In this document: positions 1 through 23,652 of the stretch, one piece after another | How positions within the stretch are numbered: position 1 is the first letter of the stretch | Layout of the letters: each line of letters opens with the position of its first letter | NCBI RefSeq assembly: GCF_009914755.1 | Contig: NC_060931.1 | From: the human T2T-CHM13v2.0 reference genome, Homo sapiens | DNA length: 64,000 nt | Reading direction: 5' to 3' (one strand) | Notes under the pieces: generated by a model | Seen by the model: only the letters and a program-made list of their open reading frames with translations | Told to the model about the DNA's origin: nothing | The model's database searches: none | Made by a program: the position numbers and the translations under genes

Positions 1-869
1 TTGCACTCCAGCCTGGGTGACAGAGCAAGACAAAAAAAAAAAAAAAAAAGGGAAAGGAAAAAGGAAGAAAGAAAATTGCAGAAGGAGGTTTCGCAGTGAA
101 TTTCAGTGGCACCATACCCACAGGCAGTTTCCTAGGGAGTTCCACCAGTTCCCCAGAGCATGGCTTCCCAGCAAATTCTCTTGGCATCACCCTCCAGGTA
201 GCTTCCAGAGAGTTCCACTAGCACACTAGAGGCCATCTTCCTTATAACGCCCAGAAAGTGTTGCAGGCACCCACAGGGTAACTGTCTAGTGATTTCCACC
301 AGCACCCCCAGAAAGCAGGCCCCTGCTTGCCAGCCACCACATGGACAACCCCACAGGCTTCCCCACTATCCAGTGGGCCGTGACCAAATCCTGTTTAATG
401 AGGTCTGGATCTCGGCCCTGGGGAGCCACCCCATTCCTGGATTTGCTCCCTCCTGGGTCCCCTGCCTTAGCCCAGCAGTTACAGATGCTCTTGCAATTTG
501 CTGCTTATGTTCTCTTTAGAGTCCTCAGTCCCTCTAGCAGCTAATCCCATGTTACCAGTTGACGACTCTTCTAGGAAACTTCACCTGTTGGTGTAAATTA
601 GTACAAGCTCTATGGAAAACAGTATGGAGATTTCTCAAAGAACTAAACATAAACCCCCATTCAATCCAGCAAGCCCACTACTTGGCATCTACCCAAAGGA
701 AAATAAATCATTCTATCAAAAAGACACCTGCCTTGAACGTTTATCACAGCACTATTCACAATAGCAAAGATGTGCAAATCAAGCTAAGCATCCATCACCA
801 GATGATGGGACAAAGAAAATGTGGTACGTACACTATGGGATACTATTCAGCCATAAAAAAGAATGAAAT

Positions 870-1183
<314 letters not shown>

Positions 1184-1796
1184 ATGAAATGATGTCTTTT
1201 GCAGCAACATGGATGGGATTGGGGGCTATTGTCTTTATCATTTGACGTAAAAAGGCAAATGCGGCATGTCCTAACTTACAAGAGGGGCTAAATAATAGGT
1301 ACACATGGACATAGAATGTGAGGCTAGGTGCAGTGGCTCACTCCTATAATCCCAGCACTTTGGAAGGCCGAGGTGGGCAGATCACTTGAGGCCAGGAGTT
1401 CGAGACCAGCCTGGCCAACATGGTGAAACCCTGTCTCTACTAAAAATACAAAAATGAGCCTGGTGTAGTGGCGGGTGCCTGTAATCCCAGTTACTAGGGA
1501 GGCTGAGGCACGAAAATCTCCTGAACCCAGGAGGCAGAGATTACTGTGAGCTGAGATTGCGCCACTGCACTCCAGCCTAGGTGACAGAGTGAGACTCTGT
1601 CTCAAAACAAACAAACAAAAACATGGTCATAGAGTGTGAAATAACAGACACTGGAGACTCAGGGGTGGGAGGCAGGAGGTGGGTAAGGGATGATAAATTA
1701 CTTCATGGGTACAATGTACATTATTTGGGTGATGAGTACACTAAAACCCCAGACTTCACCAACAACACCGTATATCCATGCAAGAAAACTATACTT

Positions 1797-2100
1797 GGCG
1801 GGGTGTGGTGGCTCACGCCTGTAATCCCAGCACTTTGGGAGGCCGAGGCGGGCGGATCACGAGGTCAGGAGATCGAGACCATTCTGGCTAACGTGGTGAA
1901 ACCCCATCTCTACTAAAAAATACAAAAACTTAGCCGGGCGTGGTGGCAGGCACCTGTAGTCCCAGCTACTCAGGAGGCTGAGGCAGGAGAATGGCGTGAA
2001 CCCGGGAGGCAGAACTTGCAGTGAGTGGAGAACATGCCACTGCACTCCAGCCTGGGTGTCACAGCGAGACTCTGTCTCAAAAAAAAAAAAGAAGAAAGAA
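1797..2100 (+). mobile_element. Alu (Y-like), full length
   Basis: gagatcgagaccat and aatggcgtgaacc diagnostics; TSD aagaaaactatactt. Confidence 0.9.
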
Positions 2101-2884
2101 AGAAAACTATACTTGTGCCCCTTACATTGATACAAAAAAAAAAACAAAAACCTTTCTGTGTTCAAATTACTATGTGGTTTCTCTCTTCTGACTAGACTGA
2201 TGAAAACAATCAGTTTTAAAACTTTTGGAGGAGCAATTGATTCTGGGGCTGGTCTTGAATGGGTTCAGGGGTATAGTCTTCCTATACAATTATTGCCACG
2301 TTTCAACTGTATAGCAAATCAAATTTCTGTTATAAAGATAATTTCTGGATGGGTGCAGTGCCTCACACCTGTAATCCCAACACTTTGGGAGGCTAAGATG
2401 GGAGGATCACTTGAGGCCAGGAGTTAGAGGCCAGCCTGGGCAACATAGTGAGATCCCATCTCTAAAAAAAATTTAAAAGTTAGCCAGGTGTGATGGGGCA
2501 CTCCTGGAGGCTGAGGTGGGAGGACCGCTTAAGCCCAGAAATTTGAGGCTGCCGGGAACTTCGATCATCCCACTGCACTCCAGCCTGGGCAGCAGAGTGA
2601 AACCCTGTCTCTAAAAATAATAATTTCCTTAAACTACTACTATTTCTTTATATGTTGATTTTTTTATAGTTCATTAACCTGTTTATCATAAATACAATTT
2701 TTTCTTGTTTTTCTTTAAAAGATCTTGTTTTATATTTATTCACTTTTTTCCCTTTTTTCTTTCAATACCAGAAACAAAGTACGGAAGTGTACAGCACAAA
2801 TGCTTAGAAACTGACCTAATGCCAATCATCCATTTGCAGGCGTTGCAGAGGGACTGTGTGAGGTGAAACCTCCCTGCCCTGTGA

Positions 2885-3258
<374 letters not shown>

Positions 3259-3919
3259 TAGGCGTGAACCACCGCGCCCAGCCAAGCATGAATTCTCTAA
3301 GTGGTTCACCCAGGAGTAGGACAGTGTCACAGACAGTCTTATTGCCATGACTACTTAGAATGTTTGAACATTTCAAAACCCATATGCTTATCAAGCGAGG
3401 AGCTAGTTCTTTTTTTTTTTTTTTCTGAGAGGAGTCTTGCTCTGACACCCAGGCTGAAGTGCATTGGCACAATCTCAGCTCACTGTAAACTCTGCCTCCT
3501 GGGTTCAAGCGATTCTCCCACCCCAGCCTCCTAAGTAGCTGGGATTACAGGTGCCCACCACCTTGCCCAGCTAATTTTTGTATGTTTAGTAGAGATGGGG
3601 TTTTGCCATGTTGGCCAGGTTGGTCTCGAACTCCTGACCTCAGGTGATCCTCCTGCCTTGGCCTCCCAAAATGCTGAGATTACAGGTGTGAGCCACCGTG
3701 CCTGGCCACCAGTTCTTTTTTTTTTTTGAGGCAGAGTCTCGCTCTGTTGCCCGGGCTGGAGTGCAGTGGCTCAATCTCGGCTCACTGCAAGCTCCGCCTC
3801 TCGGGTTCCTGCCATTTTCCTGCCTCAGTCTCCTGAGTAGCTGGGACTACAGGCACCCGCCACCGTGCCCGGCTAACTTTTTTTGTATTTTTTGGTAGAG
3901 ACGGGGTTTCATTGTGTTA

Positions 3920-4024
<105 letters not shown>

Positions 4025-4192
4025 TTACCAGATTAAGTGTTCTTATAGAAGATGATGTGGATCTTGGATCTTCTGCTCTGTGGAAACTTCTGTATTGATC
4101 ACTCTTTCTTCCTTGATCCCATTTTAGAGAGCCCCGCATCAAGGCCAGTGTATTGCTAAAGACAGTCAATGTTGGCTCAGTCACCTCCCTCA

Positions 4193-4402
<210 letters not shown>

Positions 4403-4434
4403 TCAAAAATCCTTTGCAGTGTTTTAAAAAGCTA

Positions 4435-4605
<171 letters not shown>

Positions 4606-4716
4606 TCAGGAGGCAGAGGCAGGAGAATTGCTTGAACCCAGGAGGCAGAGGTTGCAGTGAGCCCAGTCGAGACCCTGTCTCTTAATTAAAAACAAAAACA
4701 AAAACAAAAAAAACTA

Positions 4717-5043
<327 letters not shown>

Positions 5044-5047
5044 TTAG

Positions 5048-5269
<222 letters not shown>

Positions 5270-5436
5270 TGACACACTCTGCACCCCCGCCCCTTCAGTT
5301 CATTTAAAGATGAAACCAATAGCCTAATTTTAATTCACTCGTGCATCCCGCCTGCTGCGTTTCAGAGCTGACTGTTCAGATGTGTCATGCTTTTTTCATT
5401 GGTCCGTGCTGGGTAATGGTGTTGCTTTTCTTGCAG

Positions 5437-5465
5437 ACCCTTCCTAGGACCAGAGAGTCAGCTGG
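5437..5465 (+). CDS. GTF2IRD2B: Coding exon, 29 nt (RPFLGPESQLG)
   Basis: ttgcag acceptor, G|gtaagt donor; completes the I-repeat RPF motif in frame. Confidence 0.92.
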
Positions 5466-5636
5466 GTAAGTGACAGCTTCTCAGGTTTGGTGGCTCTTCT
5501 GAGCTGCTGAACCACTTCTTCTTCATTAAAACTTGAATTGGGGGCCGGGCGTGATGGCTCACACCTGTAATCCCAGCACTTTGGGAGGCTGAGGCAGGTG
5601 GATCACAAGGTCAGGAGATCGCGACCATCCTGGCTA

Positions 5637-6017
<381 letters not shown>

Positions 6018-6206
6018 CTATTAAAAAAAAAATTGGCCGGACGCAGTGGCTCACACCTGTAATCCCAGCACTTTGGGAGGCAGAGGTGGGCAGATCACTT
6101 GAGGTCAGGAGTTCGAGACCAGCCTAGTCAACATGGTGAAACCCCATCCCTACTAAAAATACCAAAGTTAGCCAGGCATGGTGGCGGATGCGTGTAATCC
6201 CAGTTA

Positions 6207-6314
<108 letters not shown>

Positions 6315-6615
6315 TCAAAAATAAATAAATAAAGAAGAATAAAAGAAGATGTCTTGCTGAGACTGCCTAAGTGGAGTAAGGAGACGGCAGGGGTGGGGGG
6401 TGGCACAGTTCACAAGGCACCTGCTGGGTGTATGACATGCTTCAGTTCTTCTTAGCCGGGGACTAAACACAGTGGAAAGTCTGTTTCGGGAGGGATGGTG
6501 AGTTCCTGTCATCCTCTAACTCACATTAAAGGACAAATGAGAGGGGCAGGGTGGCAGGTGGCCATGGATTGTTGTCCCAACTGACTTGTATCATCATCAT
6601 AGAAAAACAATAATA

Positions 6616-7462
<847 letters not shown>

Positions 7463-7864
7463 CATAGCAGCTCTAACTTAGTGCTTACAACATGCAGGCA
7501 CTGTTCTAGTCATTTTGCGTATATTCATGAATCCTCCCACAACCACCGTGTTCACGAGGAAGCGGAGGCAGAGGGAGGTTTAGTGAGTTGCTGGAGGCAG
7601 CCCAGCTGGTGAGCTGAGGCTCAGCCGCACGACCGTGCTCTGGCCCCAAAACACTCCTCGGTAACCCCCATCCTGCCCACACAAATGGCCCCGGAACACA
7701 GCGGCTGCTTTGAGTCAGTTTCTCTCTCGATGACTTTTCCACGTTGGCTTCGATCTGGGAGTTCCGTTTTCTGTGTATTTGCTGTCAATTTCTATGCCTT
7801 TGGATGTTAGTCATTTTCCGAGGTGCTAAAAGGGGCTGGTGTGTGTTTTTTCATTCCTCTACAG

Positions 7865-7919
7865 GTGGCCCTGGGATGGTAACAGATGCGGAGAGATCCA
7901 TAGTATCACCAAGTGAAAG
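7865..7919 (+). CDS. GTF2IRD2B: Coding exon, 55 nt (GPGMVTDAERSIVSPSES)
   Basis: ctacag acceptor, AG|gtaaaa donor, phase compatible. Confidence 0.9.
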
Positions 7920-8132
7920 GTAAAAGATAAATCACAGCAACCAAAATCCACAACTATGCACAGTGTTCGTTTTTGGATGACAGAAAGGCCTCCTTACAGC
8001 ATTTAAGTGGAGTGTAAAGGGTTAATGTGCTTCTTCCCTTCCTTATTTTCTATCCTATTCTTTGTCCAAAAGGACCTTTGGAATTAGAAGACTATTTTCG
8101 GTAGACACGTTTAATTTGGGAACAACTTATTA

Positions 8133-9008
<876 letters not shown>

Positions 9009-9302
9009 TTATCATTTGACACCTTTCTTTTGTTTTATCAAATAAATAAATAAATAAATAAAGACCAGGGCGTGAATTAACCTCAGTGGAGCCTCATTTG
9101 CAGAAGAACCATTATTTTACTCAAATATCTAGAAAACAAGCCTTGGCAGGGTGTGGGGGCTCACGACTGTAACTCCAACACCTTGGGAGGCCGAGGCAGG
9201 CAAATTGCTTGAACCCCGGAGTTCAAGACCAGCCTGGGCAACATGGCGAGACTTCATCTCTGCAAAACATATAAAAAATGGTGGTGCATGCCTGTGATCC
9301 TA

Positions 9303-9467
<165 letters not shown>

Positions 9468-9832
9468 CTAATTCAGTACATAATGGGGACTAAGATGTTA
9501 TTAAATACACATACTTTTGGACAGAATATTATTTTATTTATAGTTGAATGAGAACCTGAATTTGAAATGAGTAAAACATTTTGAATATAAATTTGGAATT
9601 ATTACTTGACTCACAAATAGAGCAGTGTTTTCATTTTTGGACATATACTACTGCTTTTTTGGACTTTTCTGTCATTTCTAAATGTTTTACAATATAGGTA
9701 CATTACTATGACAGTGTATACTGGAAAAAAAATCCCTCTTCAATGGGGTTGACCCCATTCTTGCTTCTCCTCACTCCTCAATAAAAGAAAACCAGCATTA
9801 ATTAGAGGAAAAATGTTAACAGGTTAAGATTA

Positions 9833-9982
<150 letters not shown>

Positions 9983-10336
9983 TTAGTTGGGCATCATGGC
10001 AGGCGCCTGTAATCCCAGCTACTCAGGAGGCTGAGGCACAAGAATCGCTTGAACGCAGGAGGCAGAGGTTGCAGTGAGCCGAGATCACACCCCTGCATTC
10101 TAGCCTGGGTGACAGAGCAAGACTCTGTCTCAAAAAGAAACAACAACAACAAAAATAATTTAAAACCCAAATGTTCAATCAAGGGATGGGAAAATACTGA
10201 AAGCATTAAAAGTTGAAAGGTTCACGCCTGTAATCTCAGCACTTTGGGAGGCTGAAGCAGGAGGATCGCCTGAGTCCAGGAATTTGAGACCAGCCTGGGC
10301 AACAAAGCGAGACCCTGTCTCTACAAAAAATATTTA

Positions 10337-10495
<159 letters not shown>

Positions 10496-10649
10496 TCAAA
10501 GAATAATAATCATAATCCAAAAGAAAAACAATATTCTGTGTTAAGAAACAAAGACCTGGCTGGGTCTAGTGGCTCACGCCTGTAATCCCAGCACTTTGGG
10601 AAGCGGAGGCAGGCAGATCACCTGAGGTCAGGAGTTTGAGACCAGTCTA

Positions 10650-11161
<512 letters not shown>

Positions 11162-11323
11162 CTAGGTCAAACCAAGACAAGTTGAATGGAAAGAAACGGG
11201 CGCAGTATTTCAGCTCAGCACAATTCAGCTGTGAGCACAGGTCAGCTGTGGAATCTTGGTCTCGTTTCTGACGTGACAGGCCTCAAACTCTTGCCCACTC
11301 AATATTAGCCTTGGATGTTTTCA

Positions 11324-11879
<556 letters not shown>

Positions 11880-12030
11880 TCACAAAACTTCCTACTGTAG
11901 ACTTTATAAAGCGATATGGATTGCTACCAGCTGCCAGCAGGCTCCTGAGAGCTGGTCCTCAATTGGTCCTTATTTCTTGTGATATGTGTGTAGCATTTGC
12001 TACAAAAACAAACCATCTCCCTGGTTTTAA

Positions 12031-12261
<231 letters not shown>

Positions 12262-12924
12262 TGAGTAGCTGGAATCATAGGTGCACGCCGTCACACCTGG
12301 CTAATTTTTTTGTATTTTAGTAGAGACAGGGTTTCACCGTGTTGCCCAGGCTGGTCTCAAACTCCTGAACTCAGGTAATCCACCCTCCTCGGCCTCCCAA
12401 AGTGCTAGGATTACAGACATGAGCCACCGCACCAGGCCAATTTTTTTTTCTTTTCTTGAGACAGAGTCTCGCTGTCGCCCAGACTGGAGTACAGTGGTGT
12501 GATCTCAGCTCACTGCAACTTCCGCCCCCCGGGTTCAAGTGATTCTCCTGCTTCAGCCTTCTGAGTAGCTGGGATTACAGGTGCCCACCACCACACCTGG
12601 CTGGTTTTTGTATTTTTAATAGAGACGGGGTTTCACCCTGTTGTTCAGGCTAGTCTCGAACTCCTGACCTTAAATGATCTGCCTACCTTAGCCTCCCAAA
12701 GTGCTGGGATTACAGGTCTGAGCCACTGTCCCCAGCTGAAAATCAGATTTTTAAATGTTTAGCTTCACTGTCCTTATACCAACAGAGCTGTTAAAGGTTT
12801 TCAGACGACCCCTCAGAACTTATAAATTATGTTAAACAATGAACCCCAAGCTATGCCACAGTTTTTTTGTTTTGCTATTACAAACATTCATGGTTAAATT
12901 ACATGTACATTTTAGTATCAGTCA

Positions 12925-13263
<339 letters not shown>

Positions 13264-13269
13264 TTAGTC

Positions 13270-13940
13270 TTTCCTACATTTCTGTGTGTTGGCTGGACTG
13301 GCTCAGCAAGGGCCGGATGGCTGTGTGTCTGAGGCCCCGGCTGGGACATCAGGGTCTCTCTCCTTGTGGCCTCATACCCTTTGGAGGCACCCTAGGCTGG
13401 CTCCCATGGTGATGAGGTTCTAGAAGCAGCAGGCACAGATGATCAAGCTCTTCTCAAGCCTCTCTTTGCATCCCATCGGCTGATGTCCCATTGACCAAAG
13501 CAAGTCACACAGCCAGGGCCAGATTTAAAGGGCAGAGAATGGCCTGGCGCCGTGGTTTACAGCTGTAATCCCAACATTTTGGGAGGCCAAGGCAGGCAAA
13601 TTGCTTGAGTCCAGGAGTTCGAGACCAGCCTGAGTAACATGGTGAAACCTCATGTCTACAAAAAATACAAAAATTAGGCAGGCGTGGTGATGCATGCCTA
13701 TAGTCAGCTACTCAGGAGGCTGAGACAGGAGGATCGCTTGAGCCCAGGAGACAGAGGTTGCAGTGAGCCATGATCATGCCACTGCACTCCACTGGGCAAC
13801 AGAGCAAGACTCTGTCTCAAAAAATAATAACAAAATGGCAGAGAAACAGACTTTACTTCTAGAAAGGAAGCATGGGATAGTCACATTGCAAAGGGATGTA
13901 CATCCTGGGATGGGAGAGGTCTTGAGCTAATTTTTGCAGC
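13270..13940. mobile_element. MLT1-type (ERVL-MaLR) LTR remnant split by an Alu
   Basis: gtcccattgaccaaagcaagtcacacagcc and agtcacattgcaaaggg motifs. Confidence 0.6.
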
Positions 13941-14185
13941 CAACCGCACCCTTCTCTGATAAAGGCGTTAGGTTGTACTGATATAGCTTCTCCAGGTTTT
14001 GAAATCCATTCCATTATAGTGAGTAAGTTAAGATTATAAGTGCCTAGCCGGGCACGGTGGCTTATGCCTGTAATCCCAGCACTTTGAGAGACCAAGGTGG
14101 GTGGGTGGATCACCTGAGGTCAGGAGTTTGAGACCAGCCCGGCCTACATGGTGAAACCCCGTCTTTACTGAAAATACAAAAATTA

Positions 14186-14335
<150 letters not shown>

Positions 14336-14459
14336 TTATATATGTCAGTTCAGGCTTCATGACAGAAGAATCTTCACAGCATTTCATGTAAATGCACGTG
14401 GATATTCAGCCACCCTGAAGGGGAAAATCTCCCAAAACTAGGACTAGAATCAGAACTAA

Positions 14460-14711
<252 letters not shown>

Positions 14712-15089
14712 TAGCCAGGTTGGTCTCAAACTCCTGACCTCAAGTGATCTGCCCGCCTCAGCCTTCCAAAGTACTGGTATTGGAGGCATGAGTCACCGTG
14801 CCCGGTCCCCTCCTTCCTTCTTTCCTTTTCTATTGATTTTACAATTGATATTATTTTTATATAAACATACATAAATACACAAATGTATGTTTTCTATATG
14901 TATATTATTTTAATTTATAGTATTTCTATTTTTGTATCAAGAGGTCAAATTTGTTCATAGTGAGTGAGCTACAAGTTCTTTTGCTGATTGTAACATTGCT
15001 GTATTAATCAACTTATATTAGCTAGTCGTATTTCTTTGTTGGCAAACTTAACCTAACATACAATTTTATCATTTCCATTACATTCCAAG

Positions 15090-15167
15090 GCATTTCACTG
15101 AAAGCAGAAGCTGTCTCAGTCAAGAAAGAATCAGAAGATCCTAATTACTATCAATATAATATGCAAG
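15090..15167 (+). CDS. GTF2IRD2B: Coding exon, 78 nt (ISLKAEAVSVKKESEDPNYYQYNMQ)
   Basis: ccaag acceptor, AG|gtaata donor; resembles TFII-I SEDPDYYQY. Confidence 0.92.
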
Positions 15168-15665
15168 GTAATACTGTTTGATAATAATTTTCTTCCCCAA
15201 AAGTTATTTGGGATGGAAGATTTTAATTACTACCTGTCTGAAAAACTGGCGAGCACCCATGTGTGTTTACCTAGGATCAAGCATGCTGCCATTTAGAGTA
15301 AATAATCCTACAGTTATAAAATAGATTCTATTTAGCCTAAATCCATGTACTCTTTTGTTTGTTTTTTTACAGAGATGAGGTCTCACCTTGTTGCCCAAGC
15401 TGTTCTCTAACTCCTGGGCTTAAGTAGTCCTCCAGCCTTGGCCTCCAGAAGTGCTGAGATTATAGGCGTGAGCCACCATGCCTGGGCTAAATCCACATAC
15501 TCTTTTTTTTTTTTTTGAGACAGAATCTCACTCTGTTGCCCAAGCTGGAGTTCAGTGGCACTATTTCCACTTACTGCAAACTCTGCCTCCTGGGTTCAAA
15601 TGATTCTTGTGCCTCAGCCTCCCAAGGAGGTGGGATTACAGGCGTGTGCCACCACGCCTGGCTAA

Positions 15666-15794
<129 letters not shown>

Positions 15795-16025
15795 TGACCC
15801 ATAAGGCTTTTAAAAAGAAGTCATAAATTGTCACGACTGTCATGATTTTGCACCACCTAATGAAGCAGTGCATCTTGGCAATAATTGTCAGTGGTCATTA
15901 AAACCATTTTATAAAAGTCTGATGGGGACTTTATCATGGGCAGACCTGACTGACAGTTCCTGAACTGACTGGTCACTGGTCTCCTGACGGTATCCAGTAG
16001 GAAGTACACCACACCACCTTTGTCA

Positions 16026-16760
<735 letters not shown>

Positions 16761-16957
16761 TGATCTGCCCGCCTCCACCTCCCAGAGTGCTGAGATTACA
16801 GGCGTGAGTTACCGCGCGCAGCCAGTTTTATTTCAAGGGGTAGAAGTATTTCAGGTGTATTCCTGCGTGGGTATTGACTTGTTTGCATTGTATTCAGTGA
16901 TTTCTTTTTACATTTTTGTATTTCTCCTTTGTTATATATTATTTATTTTTCTTTCAG

Positions 16958-17014
16958 GAAGCCACCCTTCTTCCACAAGCAATGAAGTAATAGAAATGGA
17001 ATTACCAATGGAAG
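16958..17014 (+). CDS. GTF2IRD2B: Coding exon, 57 nt (GSHPSSTSNEVIEMELPME)
   Basis: tttcag acceptor, AG|gttaga donor. Confidence 0.9.
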
Positions 17015-17063
17015 GTTAGAAAAATGCAGCATTTTTTCTCTCTCTTTTAAGAAAAGTTTATAG

Positions 17064-17327
<264 letters not shown>

Positions 17328-17769
17328 TGATCCGTCCACCTCTGCCTCCCATAGTGCTGGGATTACAGGCGTAAGCCACCATGCCCAGCTGAAAGTTTAT
17401 AGTATTTTACAGAGAACATACTCTTTTATACATGTAAGTTGGAAAATAAGGAAGGTGACTTTCTGGCATGCCTGTCTTCTCAGAAAACTATGAATAGTTG
17501 AGCTCTTGCCCTAAGATATAACATGAAGGGCTCTATCACTTCTTGTGCTTCTGATCTGTGAGTGATTCTACTTAAAGCACCCGAATATGGAAGTTAACTT
17601 TGCAGTGGTGCTGTTTCTTGCTTTGTCTTTTGGATGGCATGACATAATTCTTTTGGACAGAGTCGAATAGTATTTTAGGAAATCCTTGCATTAGAAGTAA
17701 AATTTGATAATACTTCCCTCCATTCATATATAAATCTTGAGCATCATATGAATAAAGCCTAAATTCCTA

Positions 17770-18187
<418 letters not shown>

Positions 18188-18738
18188 TTACTTTTAGTTG
18201 TATATATCTGCCTTAGAGAGATAGTGACACATGGACTACCAAAATGATTCTGTTTTTTTTTTTTTTTTTTGAGACAGAATCTCACCCTGTCACCCAGGCT
18301 GGAGTGCAGTGTGTCACGACCTTGGCTCACTGCAGCCTCCACCTCCCGGGCTGAAGCAATTCTCCCTCCTCAGCCTCCTGAGTAGCTGGGATTACAGGCG
18401 TGCGCCACCACGCCTGGATAATTTTTGTATTTTTAATAGAGTTGGGGTTTCACCATGTTGCCCAGGCTGGTCTTCAACTCCTGACCTCAAGTGATGCGCC
18501 CACCTCGGCCTCCCAAAAGTGCTGGGATTACAGGTGCGAGCCACCGTGCCCGGCCCAGTTACTGTTTATTATCCTATTATTATTGCTTATAAAATTAAAA
18601 TTATGTTTATATTATTTATATATGAAATATATTTAAAATGCCAGGATAAGCTACTTTTTTGGTATAGGAGCATTAATGTGTTGGAATATGAGGAGAATAC
18701 TTAATAATGAATGTCATTTTAGACATTTTTTTTTCAAG

Positions 18739-18804
18739 ATTCCACTCCGCTGGTCCCTTCAGAAGAACCAAATGAGGACCCTGAAGCCGAGGTGAAAATC
18801 GAAG
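18739..18804 (+). CDS. GTF2IRD2B: Coding exon, 66 nt ([22 protein letters not shown])
   Basis: ttcaag acceptor, AG|gttagt donor. Confidence 0.9.
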
Positions 18805-18996
18805 GTTAGTTGCCCAAAGCCCCATTGCCAAGTATGGTTTTCATTCTTTCTAACAGGATTAATTGCAGGGAGGATGGCAGAGCTCAGTGGCTCAAGCCTG
18901 TAATCCCAGCACCTTGGGAGGCCAAGGCAGGTGTATTGCTTGAGCCCAGGAGTTTGAGACCAGCCTGGGAAACATGGCGAAACCCTGTCTCTACTA

Positions 18997-19197
<201 letters not shown>

Positions 19198-19526
19198 CTA
19201 ATGTAGTATAATGTGTATATATAATAGAGCAGCCATTCCCATTAGGGCCCAATGCTTTGAGGTGTTGTAGACAACATAATTAGCTGTGCAAAAAAAAATT
19301 AGAAAGAAAAGAAAAATAATAACTAGGCATGATGGTGCATGCTTGTATTCCCAGCACTTTGTGAGGCCAAGGCAAGAAGATCATTTGAACCCTGGAGTTC
19401 TAGATCAGACTGGGCAACATAGTGAGACTATCTCTGCAAAAAGTAAACATTAAGAAAAAGTTAGGCAAGGCACAGTGGTTCACGCCTGTAATCCCAGCAT
19501 TTTGGGAGGCTGAGGTGGGCAGATCA

Positions 19527-19926
<400 letters not shown>

Positions 19927-20192
19927 TTAAAAAAAAATTTTTTTTTAAGTCTTGCACGTTAGCACTGACCCACAACTGGGCCTCAACTGTGCTGTGTTCA
20001 CGTGAGGAAAGAATGAAGGGTTGAGGGTACATGAGGGGGGAGAATGGAAAGAAAAGGACGATTCACTCAGACATAGCCCCTTTGCTACTGGAGTGGACAG
20101 ATAAATATCAAAGGTAACTCCGCAGGCCTGCAGCCGGTGAACTCAGTTGAAGTGCAAGTATCTAAAGGAAGTGAAGTTGAAAGTGTGATTTA

Positions 20193-20393
<201 letters not shown>

Positions 20394-20416
20394 TCACTTG
20401 AGGTCAGGAGTTCTCA

Positions 20417-20631
<215 letters not shown>

Positions 20632-20904
20632 TTAGCCAAGCATGATGGTGCATGTCTGTGGTCCCAGCTACTCACAAGGCTGAGGTGGGAGGATCACTTG
20701 ACCGTGGGAGGTCGAGGATGCAGTGAGCTAGGATCACACCACTGCACTCCAGCCTGAATGACAGAGTAAGAACCTGTCTCAAAAAAAAAAAAAAAAAGAA
20801 AAAAAAATTCAGTCTGGGCTTCTGATCAAAGCAGCACTTAGACATATTTAAAGGAGAATTGGTCTTATTCTTGGTAAATTCTAAACTTCAACTTCTGTTT
20901 TAAG

Positions 20905-20982
20905 GAAACACAAATTCATCCAGTGTTACAAATTCTGCAGCAGGTGTTGAAGATCTTAACATCGTTCAAGTGACTGTTCCAG
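20905..20982 (+). CDS. GTF2IRD2B: Coding exon, 78 nt (GNTNSSSVTNSAAGVEDLNIVQVTVP)
   Basis: tttaag acceptor, AG|gtatgg donor. Confidence 0.9.
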
Positions 20983-21369
20983 GTATGGACTAATGTTACA
21001 TTTTTCCTTTTGTCTTAATTATTTTTTGACATAGGCTGGTCTCTTGGACCTGTCATTTTTCACTTAGTTCACCCTGATAGCTAAGAAATGACATTTCGGG
21101 AATATAAAATATTCTGCAAGTTGCTACACAACGAGCATCTTGCTCACATCAGACATTATTAATCGGATATTTTGCTTCTCCTGGACAAGCCCGGGCATTA
21201 CCTGGAAAATGCATCTCAGAGCAGGCAGCACGGAGCACCAGCTATGGTTGAATTGGAATTGGCCACAGAGGTGAAATGTTTTGTTGCTCATCATTAACAA
21301 TCTTCTGGCCGGGCACGGTGGCTTACGCCTGTAATCCCAGCACTTTGGGAGGCTAAGACGGGCAGATCA

Positions 21370-21675
<306 letters not shown>

Positions 21676-22249
21676 TTACATAGTTCCTCCAGGGAAGGAA
21701 ACTGACCGCTGAGATAGGGATAGGAGAGAGACGTTTGAGATGTTTCTGTATATTACTCCTCTTGAATGTTGAGCCATGTGATTGCTTTAGTTATTCAAAA
21801 GTAAATAAAGTTTTAAAGTGTTGAAAAATATCTAAAAAATAAAAGCAAAAAAAAAAGGACCAGGCATGGTGGCATGTGCCTGTAATCTCAGCACTTTGGG
21901 AAGCTGAGGCAGGAGGATCACTTGAGCCCAGGAGTTTGAGACCAGCCTGCACAGCACAGTGAGACTCTGTCTCTAAAAAACAAAAAGAAAAGAAAAACAG
22001 ACCGGGTGCGGTGGCTCACACCTGTAATCCCAGCACTTTGGGAGGCTGAGGCAGGTGGATCACCTGAGGTCAGGAGTTCGAGACCAGCCTGGCCAACATG
22101 GTGAAACCCCATCTTTACTAAAAATACAAAAATCAGCTGGTGTGGTGGTGGGTGCCTGTAATCCCAGCTACTTGGGAGGCTGAGGCAGGAGAATTGCTTG
22201 AACCCAGGAGGGGTGCAGTGAATTGCTTGAACCCAGGAGTTTGCAGTGA

Positions 22250-22691
<442 letters not shown>

Positions 22692-23046
22692 TAGCCAGGA
22701 TGGTCTCAATCTCCTGACCTCGTGATCCACCTGCCTCGGCCTCCCAAAGTGCTGGGATTACAGGCGTGAGCCACCGCGCCTGGCCCTAAACATCCTTGTC
22801 TTGTATGATATTGAAAATATTCCTTAAAAGTAGTATGTAGTATGTTTATATAGGGTTATAATTTGGAAAATTCTCTATTGTCTGTAATGGCTTCCATTTC
22901 CAAATTTCCAAGATGCTTAATTATTGCTAAAAGTAGACTGAATAACAATCCAGGTAAAGCACTTTCTCGGGTGCTAACAGGCATTTCTCCCAACAGCTTT
23001 CTTGGGAGAAAATACATTAATAACCTTGGTTTGTTTATTTGTTTAA

Positions 23047-23247
<201 letters not shown>

Positions 23248-23544
23248 TAGGAGGCTAAGGCTAGAGAATCACTTGAGCCCAGGAGTTTGAGACCAGCCTG
23301 GGCAGCAAAGTGACACCCCAGGTCTACAAAAGGAAAAAAACAAAACTTTATCTTATAAGAATTTGATCTTGGCTGGGCGCAGTGGTTCACACTTTTAATC
23401 CCAGCACTTTGGGAGGCCAAGGTGTGTGGATCACTTGAGGCCAGGAGTTCAAGTCCAGCCTGGCCAACATGGCAAAATCCCATCTCTACTAAAAATACAA
23501 AAAAATTAGCCGGGTGTGGTGGCGCACACCTGTAATCCCAGCTA

Positions 23545-23652
<108 letters not shown>

